From contig OY288106.1 in assembly GCA_958431155.1 (NCBI GenBank), positions 717,161 to 781,160 of the forward strand: a stretch of 64,000 bases of DNA. Direction: 5' to 3'. The notes under the pieces are model-generated. The model ran no database searches, had not been told where the DNA came from, and was given only the letters and a program-made list of their open reading frames with translations. The stretch is from an uncultured candidatus Porisulfidus sp. (GTDB lineage: Bacteria > Pseudomonadota > Gammaproteobacteria > Poriferisulfidales > Poriferisulfidaceae). The translations under genes were made by a program, and so were the position numbers. This document shows, one piece after another, positions 9,819 to 20,730 of the stretch. Position 1 is the first letter of the stretch. Every line of letters begins with the position of its first letter.

Positions 9819-9894
9819 TGGAGCGGGAAACCGGGTTCGAACCGGCGACCTTAACCTTGGCAAGGTTACGCTCTACCAACTGAGCTATTCCCGC
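9819..9894 (-). tRNA. glyW: tRNA-Gly(GCC)
   Basis: GCGGGAAUAGCUCAGUUGGUAGAGCG with anticodon loop UUGCCAA. Nearly identical to E. coli tRNA-Gly3. Confidence 0.9.
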
Positions 9895-9908
9895 CCCGCG
9901 AGGCCAAA

Positions 9909-9937
9909 ATTGTCGCACCCCCATCCGGGGCTGTCAA
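9909..9937 (-). promoter_or_regulatory. Putative sigma70 promoter of the tRNA Gly-Cys-Leu operon
   Basis: Perfect -35 TTGACA (9932-9937, minus), 17-nt spacer, -10 GACAAT (9909-9914). A/T-rich UP-like sequence lies upstream. Confidence 0.4.
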
Positions 9938-10018
9938 ATGAAGGGCCGGAATTTCTATATTTTTCAGGATGGCTGATGCCGCGCCCGCTTCACATCGCGA
10001 GCGCGGCACACCTGTCTC

Positions 10019-11170
10019 TTACTTCATGGTCCCGATGAAACTCCCTACCCAAGCCCCACTTTCACCGTTAGCAAACTCGTACTCTCCTCCGCCTGTCCCC
10101 ATGACAGCCCTGGGGTTAAAGTTTTCATCAAGCATGTTGGAAAAGGTTCCTCCGAGGCTTCCTTGGTTGAAAACCACCGGCGACCTTTGACTGCCTGTTT
10201 TTCTGGTCAGACTTGTGCTTTGGGTCTCAAACGTTCCATTCGATTGAACCACAGCCGTCGCCCGATAAATTAATTCATTCGGCACTGCCGTAAAGCGAGA
10301 GGTTGCCCCGTCAGCCGAAACATAGTGCCCGTAAAGTAGCGTATCCTCATCGCAGCCAGTGCAATAGTCCAGTGCTCCGGTGGCAAAATCTATATTCAGA
10401 GTCATATCGCCAATGTACTGACCGATCTCTCTCGAACTGTCCACATAGTCGTGATAGTACACGCCTTGTGCGCCTCCCGTGTACGTGGCCGATCCCGTAT
10501 CCGGCAAGGTTGGAGGAGAAGCCGAGTCAATTTCCGGACTGTCGATATATGCGCCAAGCTCAACTGCAGCTTGGGCCAGGTAAGGATTGCCCTCTGACCG
10601 AATCCAGTACCCTCCAACATACCAATTCCCGGAATTTCCCCAGCCCCTTTCGATGTACGAGGCGAAGAACAGACTCTCGGAGTCTTCATGGACATGATAC
10701 GAGTACTGGACATCTGTTTGGCCGGGAGGCACAAACTGCCTATTTGGGTTAATCACTCCAGAGAGCCAAGCGTCATCAGAAGAATCAAAAATAAAAGTCG
10801 AGCCATCCTCTCGAGTCACGGTAATTTCGGCCGTGATTCCATCAAAAGTGGCAGAAGCCTGATCGGTTGTCCTCCCATTGGCATCGACATTCGAAGACTG
10901 GGTCACACTGCCATATTTTGGAAGAGCAGTCGCCGCCGTTTTGAAACTCTGAGCCTGGGCATCATCGGTGGAAGTTGTGTTTTCCACCGGATCAGATGTA
11001 GAGGTCATGTCAGTTGTGTCGGTTGCGCCGACGCTCCCGCCACCGCCACCACCGCCGCCGCAGGCGGCCAGCGTCAGTGAAGCAAAAGCCAGAAAAGCAA
11101 GTAGTGCGTAGTGGAATTTTCCCTCTCTTCTTAAGTTGGAATCAGGGAAAGCAAGGGCTATGAATTGCAT
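10019..11170 (-). CDS. Lipoprotein with a poly-Gly linker and a possible TbpB-like C-terminal barrel/handle domain. About 50% GC against about 63% background.
   Basis: Signal peptide plus lipobox LTLAAC followed by GGGGGGGG and an S/T/D-rich linker. C-terminus AVMGTGGGEYEFANGESGAWVGSFIGTMK. SD AGGA lies 8 nt upstream of the ATG at 11170. Confidence 0.6.
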   Translation of the reverse strand: MQFIALAFPDSNLRREGKFHYALLAFLAFASLTLAACGGGGGGGGSVGATDTTDMTSTSDPVENTTSTDDAQAQSFKTAATALPKYGSVTQSSNVDANGRTTDQASATFDGITAEITVTREDGSTFIFDSSDDAWLSGVINPNRQFVPPGQTDVQYSYHVHEDSESLFFASYIERGWGNSGNWYVGGYWIRSEGNPYLAQAAVELGAYIDSPEIDSASPPTLPDTGSATYTGGAQGVYYHDYVDSSREIGQYIGDMTLNIDFATGALDYCTGCDEDTLLYGHYVSADGATSRFTAVPNELIYRATAVVQSNGTFETQSTSLTRKTGSQRSPVVFNQGSLGGTFSNMLDENFNPRAVMGTGGGEYEFANGESGAWVGSFIGTMK

Positions 11171-11429
11171 GGTTGTCCTAATATCTGGTTGGTGAAAGCG
11201 ATTTCCCTCCGGGGAGTATCGAGTAGCATTATAGAGGCACTTTATGACGATGCGATTGAGCAACCTGCCGAGGGAAGCGATGCAGGGGGCCCCAAATTCA
11301 ATTGCAAGAACGGAGAATCCTTGCGCCCATTTCAATCGACGATTTTCTTTTCTGTTAAAATTGATTACTTAGCCTCTTTCCGGCGGCGATTTCGCATCAT
11401 GCCGGGCAAGGTTGCCTGAATCAATAGAG

Positions 11430-12749
11430 ATGAGGACCCCCCAAGTGGATCGAGAAAAACAGATTGAAGCCCTGCAGAAGGACTGGGATACCAACCCTCG
11501 ATGGAGCGATGTGCGCCGCGGCTACACGGCAGAGGATGTCGTGCGCCTGCGCGGCTCGCGCGTGCCCGCCAACACCACCGCGACGGAAGGCGCCGAAAAA
11601 CTCTGGCGCCTAGTCAACGGCGAGGCGCGCAAAGGTTACGTCAACTGCCTCGGCGCCCTGACCGGCGGACAGGCGGTCCAACAGGTCAAGGCCGGCATCG
11701 AGGCCATCTACCTGTCCGGCTGGCAGGTCGCCGCGGATGCCAATACGTCCGAGACCATGTACCCGGACCAGTCGCTGTACGCCTACGATTCGGTGCCGAC
11801 CGTGGTGCGCCGTATCAACAACGCGTTCAAGCGCGCGGACGAGATCCAGTGGTCCCGCGGAACCAACCCTGGCGATGAAGGATTCGTCGACTACTTCGCC
11901 CCGATCGTGGCGGATGCCGAGGCCGGTTTCGGCGGCGTGCTCAATGCCTTCGAGTTGATGAAGAACATGATCAACAACGGGGCCGCCGGGGTCCACTACG
12001 AAGATCAGCTGGCCGCCGTCAAGAAGTGTGGCCATATGGGCGGAAAGGTGCTGGTCCCGACCCAAGAAGCCGTTCAGAAACTAGTCGCGGCACGACTGGC
12101 CGCCGACGTCATGGGCGTCCCCACCGTAGTGCTGGCACGCACCGATTCGGAGGCCGCGAATCTCGTGACCTCCGACTTCGACGAGAACGACAAGCCCTTC
12201 CTGACCGGCGAGCGGACCTCCGAAGGTTTCTACCGCGTGCGCAATGGCCTGGATCAGGCGATTTCACGCGGACTGGCGTACGCTCCGTATGCGGACCTGG
12301 TGTGGTGCGAAACCGGGACCCCGGACCTGGAATTCGCCAGAGCGTTCGCGGAAGCCCTGCGCAAGGAGTACCCGAACCAGCTGCTGGCCTACAACTGCTC
12401 CCCTTCCTTCAACTGGAAGAAAAACCTGGACGACGCAACCATTGCGAAGTTCCAGCGCGAGCTGTCGGCGATGGGCTACAAGTACCAGTTCATCACCCTG
12501 GCCGGCATCCACAGCATGTGGTACAACATGTTCGACCTCGCTTACGACTATGCGGGCGAGGAAGGCATGAAGCACTACGTGGAGAAGGTCCAGGAGCCGG
12601 AATTCGCATCGGCAGACCGGGGCTACACGTTCGTCAGCCACCAGCAGGAGGTCGGTGCTGGCTACTTCGATGATGTGACTACCGTCATTCAGGGCGGGCA
12701 GTCCTCTGTCACGGCATTGACCGGGTCCACCGAAGAAGAGCAGTTCTGA
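11430..12749 (+). CDS. aceA: isocitrate lyase
   Basis: Catalytic KKCGH motif; full-length similarity to bacterial ICL. The ORF track starts at a TTG at 11412; the ATG at 11430 is preferred. Confidence 0.92.
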   Translation: MRTPQVDREKQIEALQKDWDTNPRWSDVRRGYTAEDVVRLRGSRVPANTTATEGAEKLWRLVNGEARKGYVNCLGALTGGQAVQQVKAGIEAIYLSGWQVAADANTSETMYPDQSLYAYDSVPTVVRRINNAFKRADEIQWSRGTNPGDEGFVDYFAPIVADAEAGFGGVLNAFELMKNMINNGAAGVHYEDQLAAVKKCGHMGGKVLVPTQEAVQKLVAARLAADVMGVPTVVLARTDSEAANLVTSDFDENDKPFLTGERTSEGFYRVRNGLDQAISRGLAYAPYADLVWCETGTPDLEFARAFAEALRKEYPNQLLAYNCSPSFNWKKNLDDATIAKFQRELSAMGYKYQFITLAGIHSMWYNMFDLAYDYAGEEGMKHYVEKVQEPEFASADRGYTFVSHQQEVGAGYFDDVTTVIQGGQSSVTALTGSTEEEQF

Positions 12750-12770
12750 AGGCCCTCGGCCGAGGGCACC

Positions 12771-14114
<1,344 letters not shown>

Positions 14115-14126
14115 CCCCGGTCTTGC

Positions 14127-14132
14127 TATAAT
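14127..14132 (+). promoter_or_regulatory. Consensus -10 hexamer TATAAT upstream of the DUF1820-like gene
   Basis: TATAAT lies 28 nt upstream of the ATG at 14160. No clear -35. Confidence 0.3.
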
Positions 14133-14159
14133 TGCAATTCTTCAGATCACGGTGCCATC

Positions 14160-14492
14160 ATGCAAGAACCTGAACCGATCTACAAAGTGATCTTCTTCTC
14201 GAACGGGGAAATCTACGAAATCTACGCGGAACACGTCTATTCGTCCGATTTGTACGGTTTTGTCGTCATCGAAGGAATTATTTTCGGCGAGAAGGCACAG
14301 GTCGTGGTCGACCCGAGCGAAGAGCGGCTGAAAACCGAGTTTGAGTCCGTACCCCGGACCTACATTCCCATGCACTCGGTTATTCGCATCGACGAGGTGG
14401 AAAAGGCAGGAACCGGAGAAATCCGCAAGGCCGAGGGGAACGTCACGTATCTGCCTCCGATGGTGGGAACGGGCGATATCCAGAAAGTCTGA
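14160..14492 (+). CDS. small conserved protein, DUF1820-like
   Basis: 110 aa, PIYKVIFFSNGEIYEIYAEHVYSSDLYGFV. Confidence 0.5.
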   Translation: MQEPEPIYKVIFFSNGEIYEIYAEHVYSSDLYGFVVIEGIIFGEKAQVVVDPSEERLKTEFESVPRTYIPMHSVIRIDEVEKAGTGEIRKAEGNVTYLPPMVGTGDIQKV

Positions 14493-14514
14493 GGTTTTCT
14501 ACCGGAGGATTTCC

Positions 14515-14605
<91 letters not shown>

Positions 14606-14710
14606 GATCCATCACCGGTTCGCGCCTGTTTTCAGGCTGGCGAACCGGGCAAAAATCACCCACGCACGGTATACTTTCCCCGCTGTCGAAGGCGACGTAA
14701 ACCCGGAGCC

Positions 14711-16060
14711 ATGCCTACTTTGCCCCGCATTGCAGTCCTTTCCCTGTTGGCTGCTGCTCTTACCCTCCCCGCCTGGGCAGCATTTCCATGGGAGAACAGC
14801 GACGGCTCGCTCCCCTCGCTCGCGCCCATGCTCGAAAAGACCGTTCCGGCAGTAGTCAACATCTCCACGGCCCACGAAGAAGTGGTGCGCGCCAGCCCCC
14901 TGTTTCGCGATCCTTTTTTCCAACATTTTTTCGGCCTGCCCGGGCAACGCAGCCAAAAGCGGGTGCGTCGGGGCCTCGGTACCGGCGTCATCCTAGATGC
15001 GAAAGAGGGCCACATCGTCACCAACCACCATCTGATCGCACGGGCAGACGACATCACCGTGGCCTTAAGCGACGGGCGGGAGGTTAAAGCTGAGTTGATC
15101 GGCTCCGACAGCGAAACCGATGTGGCGATGCTGCGCATCCAGGCCGACGATCTGACCAGCCTGCCGATCGCTGATTCCGAACAGGTGCAGGTCGGGGATT
15201 TTGTCGTGGCAATCGGCAACCCCTTCGGCTTGGGACAGACCGTGACTTCCGGCATCATCAGCGCATTGGGGCGAAGCGGCGTGTTCGACAATTACGGCTA
15301 CGAGGACTTCATCCAGACCGACGCCTCCATCAATCCCGGCAATTCCGGCGGCGCCCTGGTGAACTTGCGGGGCGAACTGATCGGCATCAATACCGCAATC
15401 CTGAGCCGTTCCGGCGGCAACATCGGGATCGGCTTCGCGATCCCCATCCACATGGTGCGCCAGGTGGCCGAGCAGTTGATCGAGCACGGCCAGGTGCAGC
15501 GTGGGCAGCTGGGTGTGCAGGCGCAGGCCATGACCCCGGAACTGGCCGAAGCATTCGGCCTCAAACAAATTGAAGGGGTCGTCATCACCGAAGTGGTCGA
15601 GGGGTCCCCGGCCGAGCAGGCCGGCATTATCCCGGGAGACATCCTAGTGCGCATAGATGGAGAAGACATTCACGATGTCAAAGACATGCGCAACGTGCTG
15701 GGTATGTTGCGCGCTGGACGCGAAGTGGAAATCGAATTGCTCCGCGGCCGCGAGACCGTGGCCATCCGCGCGGCGACCGCCACCTTGCGCATCGACGGCG
15801 CAAACCTCCACCCGGCCATGGCCGGGCTCACACTGTCGACCCAGCGCGATGCCGACACCACGTTCGTGGAAATCGTCAAGGTCGAACCCGGCCATCCTAG
15901 CGAACAGGCCGGAATCCGCGCCGGCGACCGGCTTCGCTCCGTCAACCGCCGTCCCGTGAAGAACGTGGAAGACATTCGCGCCATCGTCAACCGCGACGAC
16001 GCCCAGGTGCTGCTTCAGGTCCAACGCGGCGCGCGCAGCCAATTCCTCATGCTGCCCTGA
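14711..16060 (+). CDS. degP: periplasmic serine endoprotease DegP/DegQ (HtrA family, two PDZ domains)
   Basis: Signal peptide, catalytic GNSGGAL, two PDZ regions. The ORF-track start at 14558 overlaps the tRNA-Ser and is rejected; ATG at 14711. Confidence 0.9.
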   Translation: MPTLPRIAVLSLLAAALTLPAWAAFPWENSDGSLPSLAPMLEKTVPAVVNISTAHEEVVRASPLFRDPFFQHFFGLPGQRSQKRVRRGLGTGVILDAKEGHIVTNHHLIARADDITVALSDGREVKAELIGSDSETDVAMLRIQADDLTSLPIADSEQVQVGDFVVAIGNPFGLGQTVTSGIISALGRSGVFDNYGYEDFIQTDASINPGNSGGALVNLRGELIGINTAILSRSGGNIGIGFAIPIHMVRQVAEQLIEHGQVQRGQLGVQAQAMTPELAEAFGLKQIEGVVITEVVEGSPAEQAGIIPGDILVRIDGEDIHDVKDMRNVLGMLRAGREVEIELLRGRETVAIRAATATLRIDGANLHPAMAGLTLSTQRDADTTFVEIVKVEPGHPSEQAGIRAGDRLRSVNRRPVKNVEDIRAIVNRDDAQVLLQVQRGARSQFLMLP

Positions 16061-16062
16061 CC

Positions 16063-17895
16063 ATGGCATCCCCTTACCAAAGCGAATTGAACCGCAGCTT
16101 CCGCCAGACGCACCGGCGGCTTTACAAACTGATCGGCCTGGGGAGCCTGCTGCTGGTTCTATTGCTGGTGCGGATCGGCTGGATGCAGACGATCCATACC
16201 GAGTACTTCACCGCACTGTCGACGGACAACCATCTGCGTCAGATTCCTGTCGCTCCTTCCCGTGGTCTGATCTTCGACCGCCATGGCGTCTTGCTTGCGG
16301 ACAACAGCGTCCGGTACAGCCTGAGTCTAATCCCATCCCAAGTCGACGATCTGGACACTACGATTTCACAATTGCGGGAATTGGCCGACATCCACGACCG
16401 GAAAGTGAAACGGTTTCAGCAACGCGGGCAAAACCGCAAATTCGAAACCACTCCGCTCAAGATCGACCTGTCAGAAGAAACAATTGCGCAGGTCGCCGTG
16501 AAACTGCACCAGTTGCCTGGCGTCTACCTAGAAGCCTATGCCGCGCGCCGCTACACCTACGGCAAATCGACGGCCCACGTGCTCGGCCATCTGGCCAGCA
16601 TCAGCAAAAAGGACCGCGAGCGTATCGACCTCTACCGCTACCGCGGCACCCGGAGGATCGGCCGGACCGGCATCGAACATCAGTACGAGTCCCTCCTGCT
16701 CGGAGCTCCGGGCCTGCAGCAGGCCGAAGTCAATGCGCAGGGCCGTTCCCTGACGCTGCACGATCGCAAAGCGCCGACTCCTGGCAACAGTCTGGTTCTC
16801 ACGCTGGACGCCGGCTTGCAGAAGGTGGCAAGCGAAGCCATGACCGGGATGGAGGGTGCCGTCGTTGCCATCGAGCCATTCACCGGAGACATTCTGGCGC
16901 TGGTCAGCACGCCGAGCTTCGACCCCGACGTGTTCGGCCACAGCATCGACCCCGACGACTACCAGAATCTGATCCGAAACACAAAAACCCCCTTGCTGAA
17001 TCGTGCCATCCAGGAGCAGTACGCGCCGGGCTCGACGATCAAGCCATTCGTTGCTCTGGCCGGGCTGGAGTCGGGCCACGCCATCCCGGGCGAGAAGTTC
17101 TACGCCGCCCCGCAGTTCAAAATCCCGAACTATCGTCGCCCGTTCCGCGATTGGAAGGACGAGGGCCATGGGTGGGTCACGGTCAGCTCTTCAATCACCC
17201 AGTCCTGCGACGTCTACTTCTATTCGCTGGCCTACCGCATGGGAATCGAGGCCTTGGAGCCCTTCCTCGCACAGTTTGGTTTAGGCGAGACCCAGCAACT
17301 CGACCTGCCTGGAGAGCACCCCGGACTGCTTCCCAACGAGGCCTGGAAGCAAAAGACGTACAGCCAGCCCTGGTATCCGGGCGAAACTGTGATCATGGGC
17401 ATTGGCCAGGGGTACCTGATGCTCACTCCGCTACAGCTCGCCACCGCGACCGCGGCATTGGCGACCCGCGGCATCCGCATGAAACCCCGCCTGCTGCGCG
17501 CCTACAACCAAAGCGGAGAAATGATCGAAAACCCGCCGGAGGAGATCGGGCGCGTAACGCTCTCCAATCCGGCCTGGTGGGATCTGGTCACCAACGCCAT
17601 GGTGGATGTAGTCCATGCCCCCAACGGCACTGCCCGGCGCTCCGGGCTGGATGCAGCCTACCGCATCGCAGGCAAGACCGGAACCGCGCAGGTCATCAGC
17701 TACGGTGAAGAGCGCCCCGATTCCGAAGACCTTCCTGAAAATGTCCGCGATCATTCCCTGTTCATCGCCTTCGCTCCTGCCGAGGCACCGCAAATCGCCC
17801 TCGCGGTCATTGTCGAACACGGGGGACACGGTTCGACGAAGGCCGCCCCCATTGCCCGCCAGATCCTGGATGCCTACCTCATGAGGCCGCTCTGA
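16063..17895 (+). CDS. mrdA: penicillin-binding protein 2
   Basis: Transpeptidase motifs STIKP and KTGTA; N-terminal TM. Confidence 0.9.
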   Translation: MASPYQSELNRSFRQTHRRLYKLIGLGSLLLVLLLVRIGWMQTIHTEYFTALSTDNHLRQIPVAPSRGLIFDRHGVLLADNSVRYSLSLIPSQVDDLDTTISQLRELADIHDRKVKRFQQRGQNRKFETTPLKIDLSEETIAQVAVKLHQLPGVYLEAYAARRYTYGKSTAHVLGHLASISKKDRERIDLYRYRGTRRIGRTGIEHQYESLLLGAPGLQQAEVNAQGRSLTLHDRKAPTPGNSLVLTLDAGLQKVASEAMTGMEGAVVAIEPFTGDILALVSTPSFDPDVFGHSIDPDDYQNLIRNTKTPLLNRAIQEQYAPGSTIKPFVALAGLESGHAIPGEKFYAAPQFKIPNYRRPFRDWKDEGHGWVTVSSSITQSCDVYFYSLAYRMGIEALEPFLAQFGLGETQQLDLPGEHPGLLPNEAWKQKTYSQPWYPGETVIMGIGQGYLMLTPLQLATATAALATRGIRMKPRLLRAYNQSGEMIENPPEEIGRVTLSNPAWWDLVTNAMVDVVHAPNGTARRSGLDAAYRIAGKTGTAQVISYGEERPDSEDLPENVRDHSLFIAFAPAEAPQIALAVIVEHGGHGSTKAAPIARQILDAYLMRPL

Positions 17896-19001
17896 TGGCG
17901 CAAAATTCCTACATCTCCGCCATGGCCAAGTTGGTCGCCCCGCTGGACCGCATCCTGATGATGTTGATCTTCGCGGTTCTGGCGCTCAGCCTGGCGATCC
18001 AGTTCAGCGCCAATGACATGAGCCTACAGGCCACTCAGCAACATGCCGTCCGCATCGGAATCGGCCTGCTCGCGCTTCTGATCATGGCGCACATCACTCC
18101 GCGTCACCTGAAACGGTGGACTCCGGCCCTGTTCCTGCTCAACCTGCTGCTGCTGGTCGCCGTCGTGTTCTTCGGCAGCGGAGGTACCGCCCAGCGCTGG
18201 CTGACGCTTGGCCCCATCGCCCTGCAGCCGTCCGAATTGCTCAAACTCACCATTCCCATGGTGGTGGCCTACGTCCTAGGGCCCTCATTGCCGCCCCTGT
18301 CACCTTTCCGCGTGACCCTGGCGTTGATGCTCGTGGCCGGAGCCACCTGGCTGGTCGCAATCCAGCCGGACCTGGGCACGGCGCTCCTGATCTCTGCCGT
18401 CGGCGTGTCGGTGATCCTGCTGGCCGGGGTATCAAGGCGGTGGGTTCTGGGCTTGGGGGCACTGGCCAGCATCAGCCTGCCCTTCGTATGGCAGTACGCC
18501 CTGCGCGAATACCAGAAAGACCGCATTCGCATCTTCTTCAACCCGGAAGCCGATCCGCTCGGCAGCGGCTACAACGTGATCCAGTCCAAGATCGCGGTCG
18601 GCTCCGGCGGCCTTTCCGGGAAAGGCTGGACGCAAAGTACCCAGGCACAGTTCGATTTCCTGCCGGAACATTCGACCGACTTCATCTTTTCCGTCTACGC
18701 CGAGGAATTCGGGCTGATCGGGGTGGCCACGCTGGTCGCCCTGTACCTGGCGATCCTGTGGCGGGTGGTGGCCCTGAGCCGAACCGGACCCGATCGCTTC
18801 AGCCAACTACTGATCGGAGGCCTCGGGCTGTCCCTGCTCATCCACATCCTGATCAACATCGCGATGACCATCGGCTATGCCCCCGTGACCGGTTCGCCGC
18901 TGCCGCTGCTGAGCTACGGCGGAAGCGCCATGATCAGCACCTTGGCCGCTTTCGGTATGATGATGGCTGCCCGGCATTACGCCCGCGTACATCTCAAGTA
19001 A
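17895..19001 (+). CDS. mrdB: peptidoglycan glycosyltransferase RodA
   Basis: 368 aa polytopic FtsW/RodA family. TGATG overlap with mrdA. Confidence 0.9.
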   Translation: MAQNSYISAMAKLVAPLDRILMMLIFAVLALSLAIQFSANDMSLQATQQHAVRIGIGLLALLIMAHITPRHLKRWTPALFLLNLLLLVAVVFFGSGGTAQRWLTLGPIALQPSELLKLTIPMVVAYVLGPSLPPLSPFRVTLALMLVAGATWLVAIQPDLGTALLISAVGVSVILLAGVSRRWVLGLGALASISLPFVWQYALREYQKDRIRIFFNPEADPLGSGYNVIQSKIAVGSGGLSGKGWTQSTQAQFDFLPEHSTDFIFSVYAEEFGLIGVATLVALYLAILWRVVALSRTGPDRFSQLLIGGLGLSLLIHILINIAMTIGYAPVTGSPLPLLSYGGSAMISTLAAFGMMMAARHYARVHLK

Positions 19002-19979
19002 ATGATCTTCCAAAATCGCTGGCTCCTGCTGTGCCTCTTGCCCGCCTGCACCATGGCCAGCGAGACACCCATCCCGTACGGCGAACGTCCCGAGGTCCGT
19101 GCGTGGGTCGACCGCCTCGTGGAGGAACATGACCTGTCGGTAGAGCACGTTCACAAGCTGATCTCCGGCTGCGAGTACCAGCCCAAGGTCATTGCCAGCG
19201 TCCGCCGCCCTGCCGAATCGAAACCCTGGCACTGGTACCGGAATGTTTTCCTTACCGACGACCGCATCCGCCAAGGTCGAATCTATCTCAGGGAACATGC
19301 CGACCTGCTCGAAGAAGCGGAACGCACCTACCACGTACCTGCCGAAGTAATCACCGCCATCATTGCGGCCGAATCGAATTTCGGGCGCCATACCGGCACG
19401 CATCCGGTGCTCGACACCCTCGTGACCTTAGGGTTCGACTACCCGCCACGCGGGGAATTCTTCCGCAAGCAGCTGGAGCAGCTTTTCCTGCTGGAACGTG
19501 AAGCCGGACTGGACATCAAGAAGTTGCGCGGTTCATGGGCCGGCGCGCTCGGGCAGGCCCAGTTCATTCCCAGCAGCTACCGACACTTTACCGTCGACGG
19601 CGATCAGGATGGCCGGCGCGACCTGTGGGACAGCCCGGCCGACATCATCTTCAGCATCGCGAATTATTTCCAGAAGCACCACTGGCATCCGGACAAGCCG
19701 GTTGCGGAACTGATTCACCCCGAGGACCCCGAGCAGTTGCCGCTGAGCAAGGCTCTGCTGCCAGACATCCAGTCGGAACGGCTGGCCGAATCCGGAATCA
19801 GGCTGCAGCACGCGACTGCCGAGCCGGTAGCCGTGCACCGATTCGAGAACTCCTCTTCATCCGAATATTGGGTCGGCTATCACAACTTCTACGTGATCAC
19901 GCGCTACAACCACAGCGCCCTCTACGCACTGATGATCCATCAGTTGAGTCAGGCCCTGAAGAATGATCCCGAACTTTGA
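19002..19979 (+). CDS. mltB: lytic murein transglycosylase B family
   Basis: Signal peptide plus MltB/Slt35-like domain. Confidence 0.75.
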   Translation: MIFQNRWLLLCLLPACTMASETPIPYGERPEVRAWVDRLVEEHDLSVEHVHKLISGCEYQPKVIASVRRPAESKPWHWYRNVFLTDDRIRQGRIYLREHADLLEEAERTYHVPAEVITAIIAAESNFGRHTGTHPVLDTLVTLGFDYPPRGEFFRKQLEQLFLLEREAGLDIKKLRGSWAGALGQAQFIPSSYRHFTVDGDQDGRRDLWDSPADIIFSIANYFQKHHWHPDKPVAELIHPEDPEQLPLSKALLPDIQSERLAESGIRLQHATAEPVAVHRFENSSSSEYWVGYHNFYVITRYNHSALYALMIHQLSQALKNDPEL

Positions 19980-20730
19980 TCGTGCCGCCGGGCTGCTGGC
20001 CCTGGCCTTGGCTCTGGCCGGCAGCGGATGCAGCGTCTACAACTATGTTGCCGAGACCTTCTCCGATTCCGGCCCGGCATCCGGGTCTCGCGGCGGCAGC
20101 TCCTCCAGCTATGTCGTCCTGGGCGTTCGCTATCACGTCATGGACTCGGCTGAAGGCTATGTCGAGCGCGGTCTGGCATCCTGGTACGGGTCGAAGTTCC
20201 ACGGGAGAAAAACGTCCAGTGGCGAGGTCTTCGACATGCACCAGGTGAGTGCCGCGCACAAGACCCTGCCCCTGTCCACCTGGGTCGAGGTGACACACCT
20301 CGACACCGGTCGTTCCATCACTGTCCGCGTAAACGACCGCGGCCCCTTCGTCAAAGGCCGCATCATCGACTTGTCCTACCAGGCCGCACTGGCCCTCGGG
20401 ACCACCAGCGAAGGCGTGGCCCCGGTCGAGGTGCGCACCATCCGTGGCCCCGAAACAGCAACCCGGACCGTGGAACACCGGTTCCTGCAGCTCGGCGCTT
20501 TCGCGATCAGGAGCAACGCGGAGGCTTTTGTGCAAAAATTACGCCGCCAAGGACTGGCCCGGCTCTCTGTTCGAACCCGGCAGCGGAACATGACGCTGCA
20601 CCGAGTACTGCAGGGCCCGTTCGAGGACAATGCCGAATTCAACCAAGCCGTCTCAAGACTCGAAACCCTAGGCATTACCGAATACACACCTGTCAATCTC
20701 CCCCATTGGAAGCCCATAAGAAAGAAATGA
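19963..20730 (+). CDS. rlpA: septal ring lytic transglycosylase RlpA family lipoprotein
   Basis: Lipobox LAGSGC, DPBB segment WYGSKFHGRKTSSGEVFD, C-terminal SPOR-like region. Confidence 0.85.
   Translation: MIPNFDRAAGLLALALALAGSGCSVYNYVAETFSDSGPASGSRGGSSSSYVVLGVRYHVMDSAEGYVERGLASWYGSKFHGRKTSSGEVFDMHQVSAAHKTLPLSTWVEVTHLDTGRSITVRVNDRGPFVKGRIIDLSYQAALALGTTSEGVAPVEVRTIRGPETATRTVEHRFLQLGAFAIRSNAEAFVQKLRRQGLARLSVRTRQRNMTLHRVLQGPFEDNAEFNQAVSRLETLGITEYTPVNLPHWKPIRKK

Noticed and set aside
9969-10018. GC hairpin (GCCGCGC...GCGCGGC) downstream of the lipoprotein gene as a rho-independent terminator
   Set aside because: The stem is present but is not followed by a U-tract on the relevant (minus) strand. 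Too weak to call.
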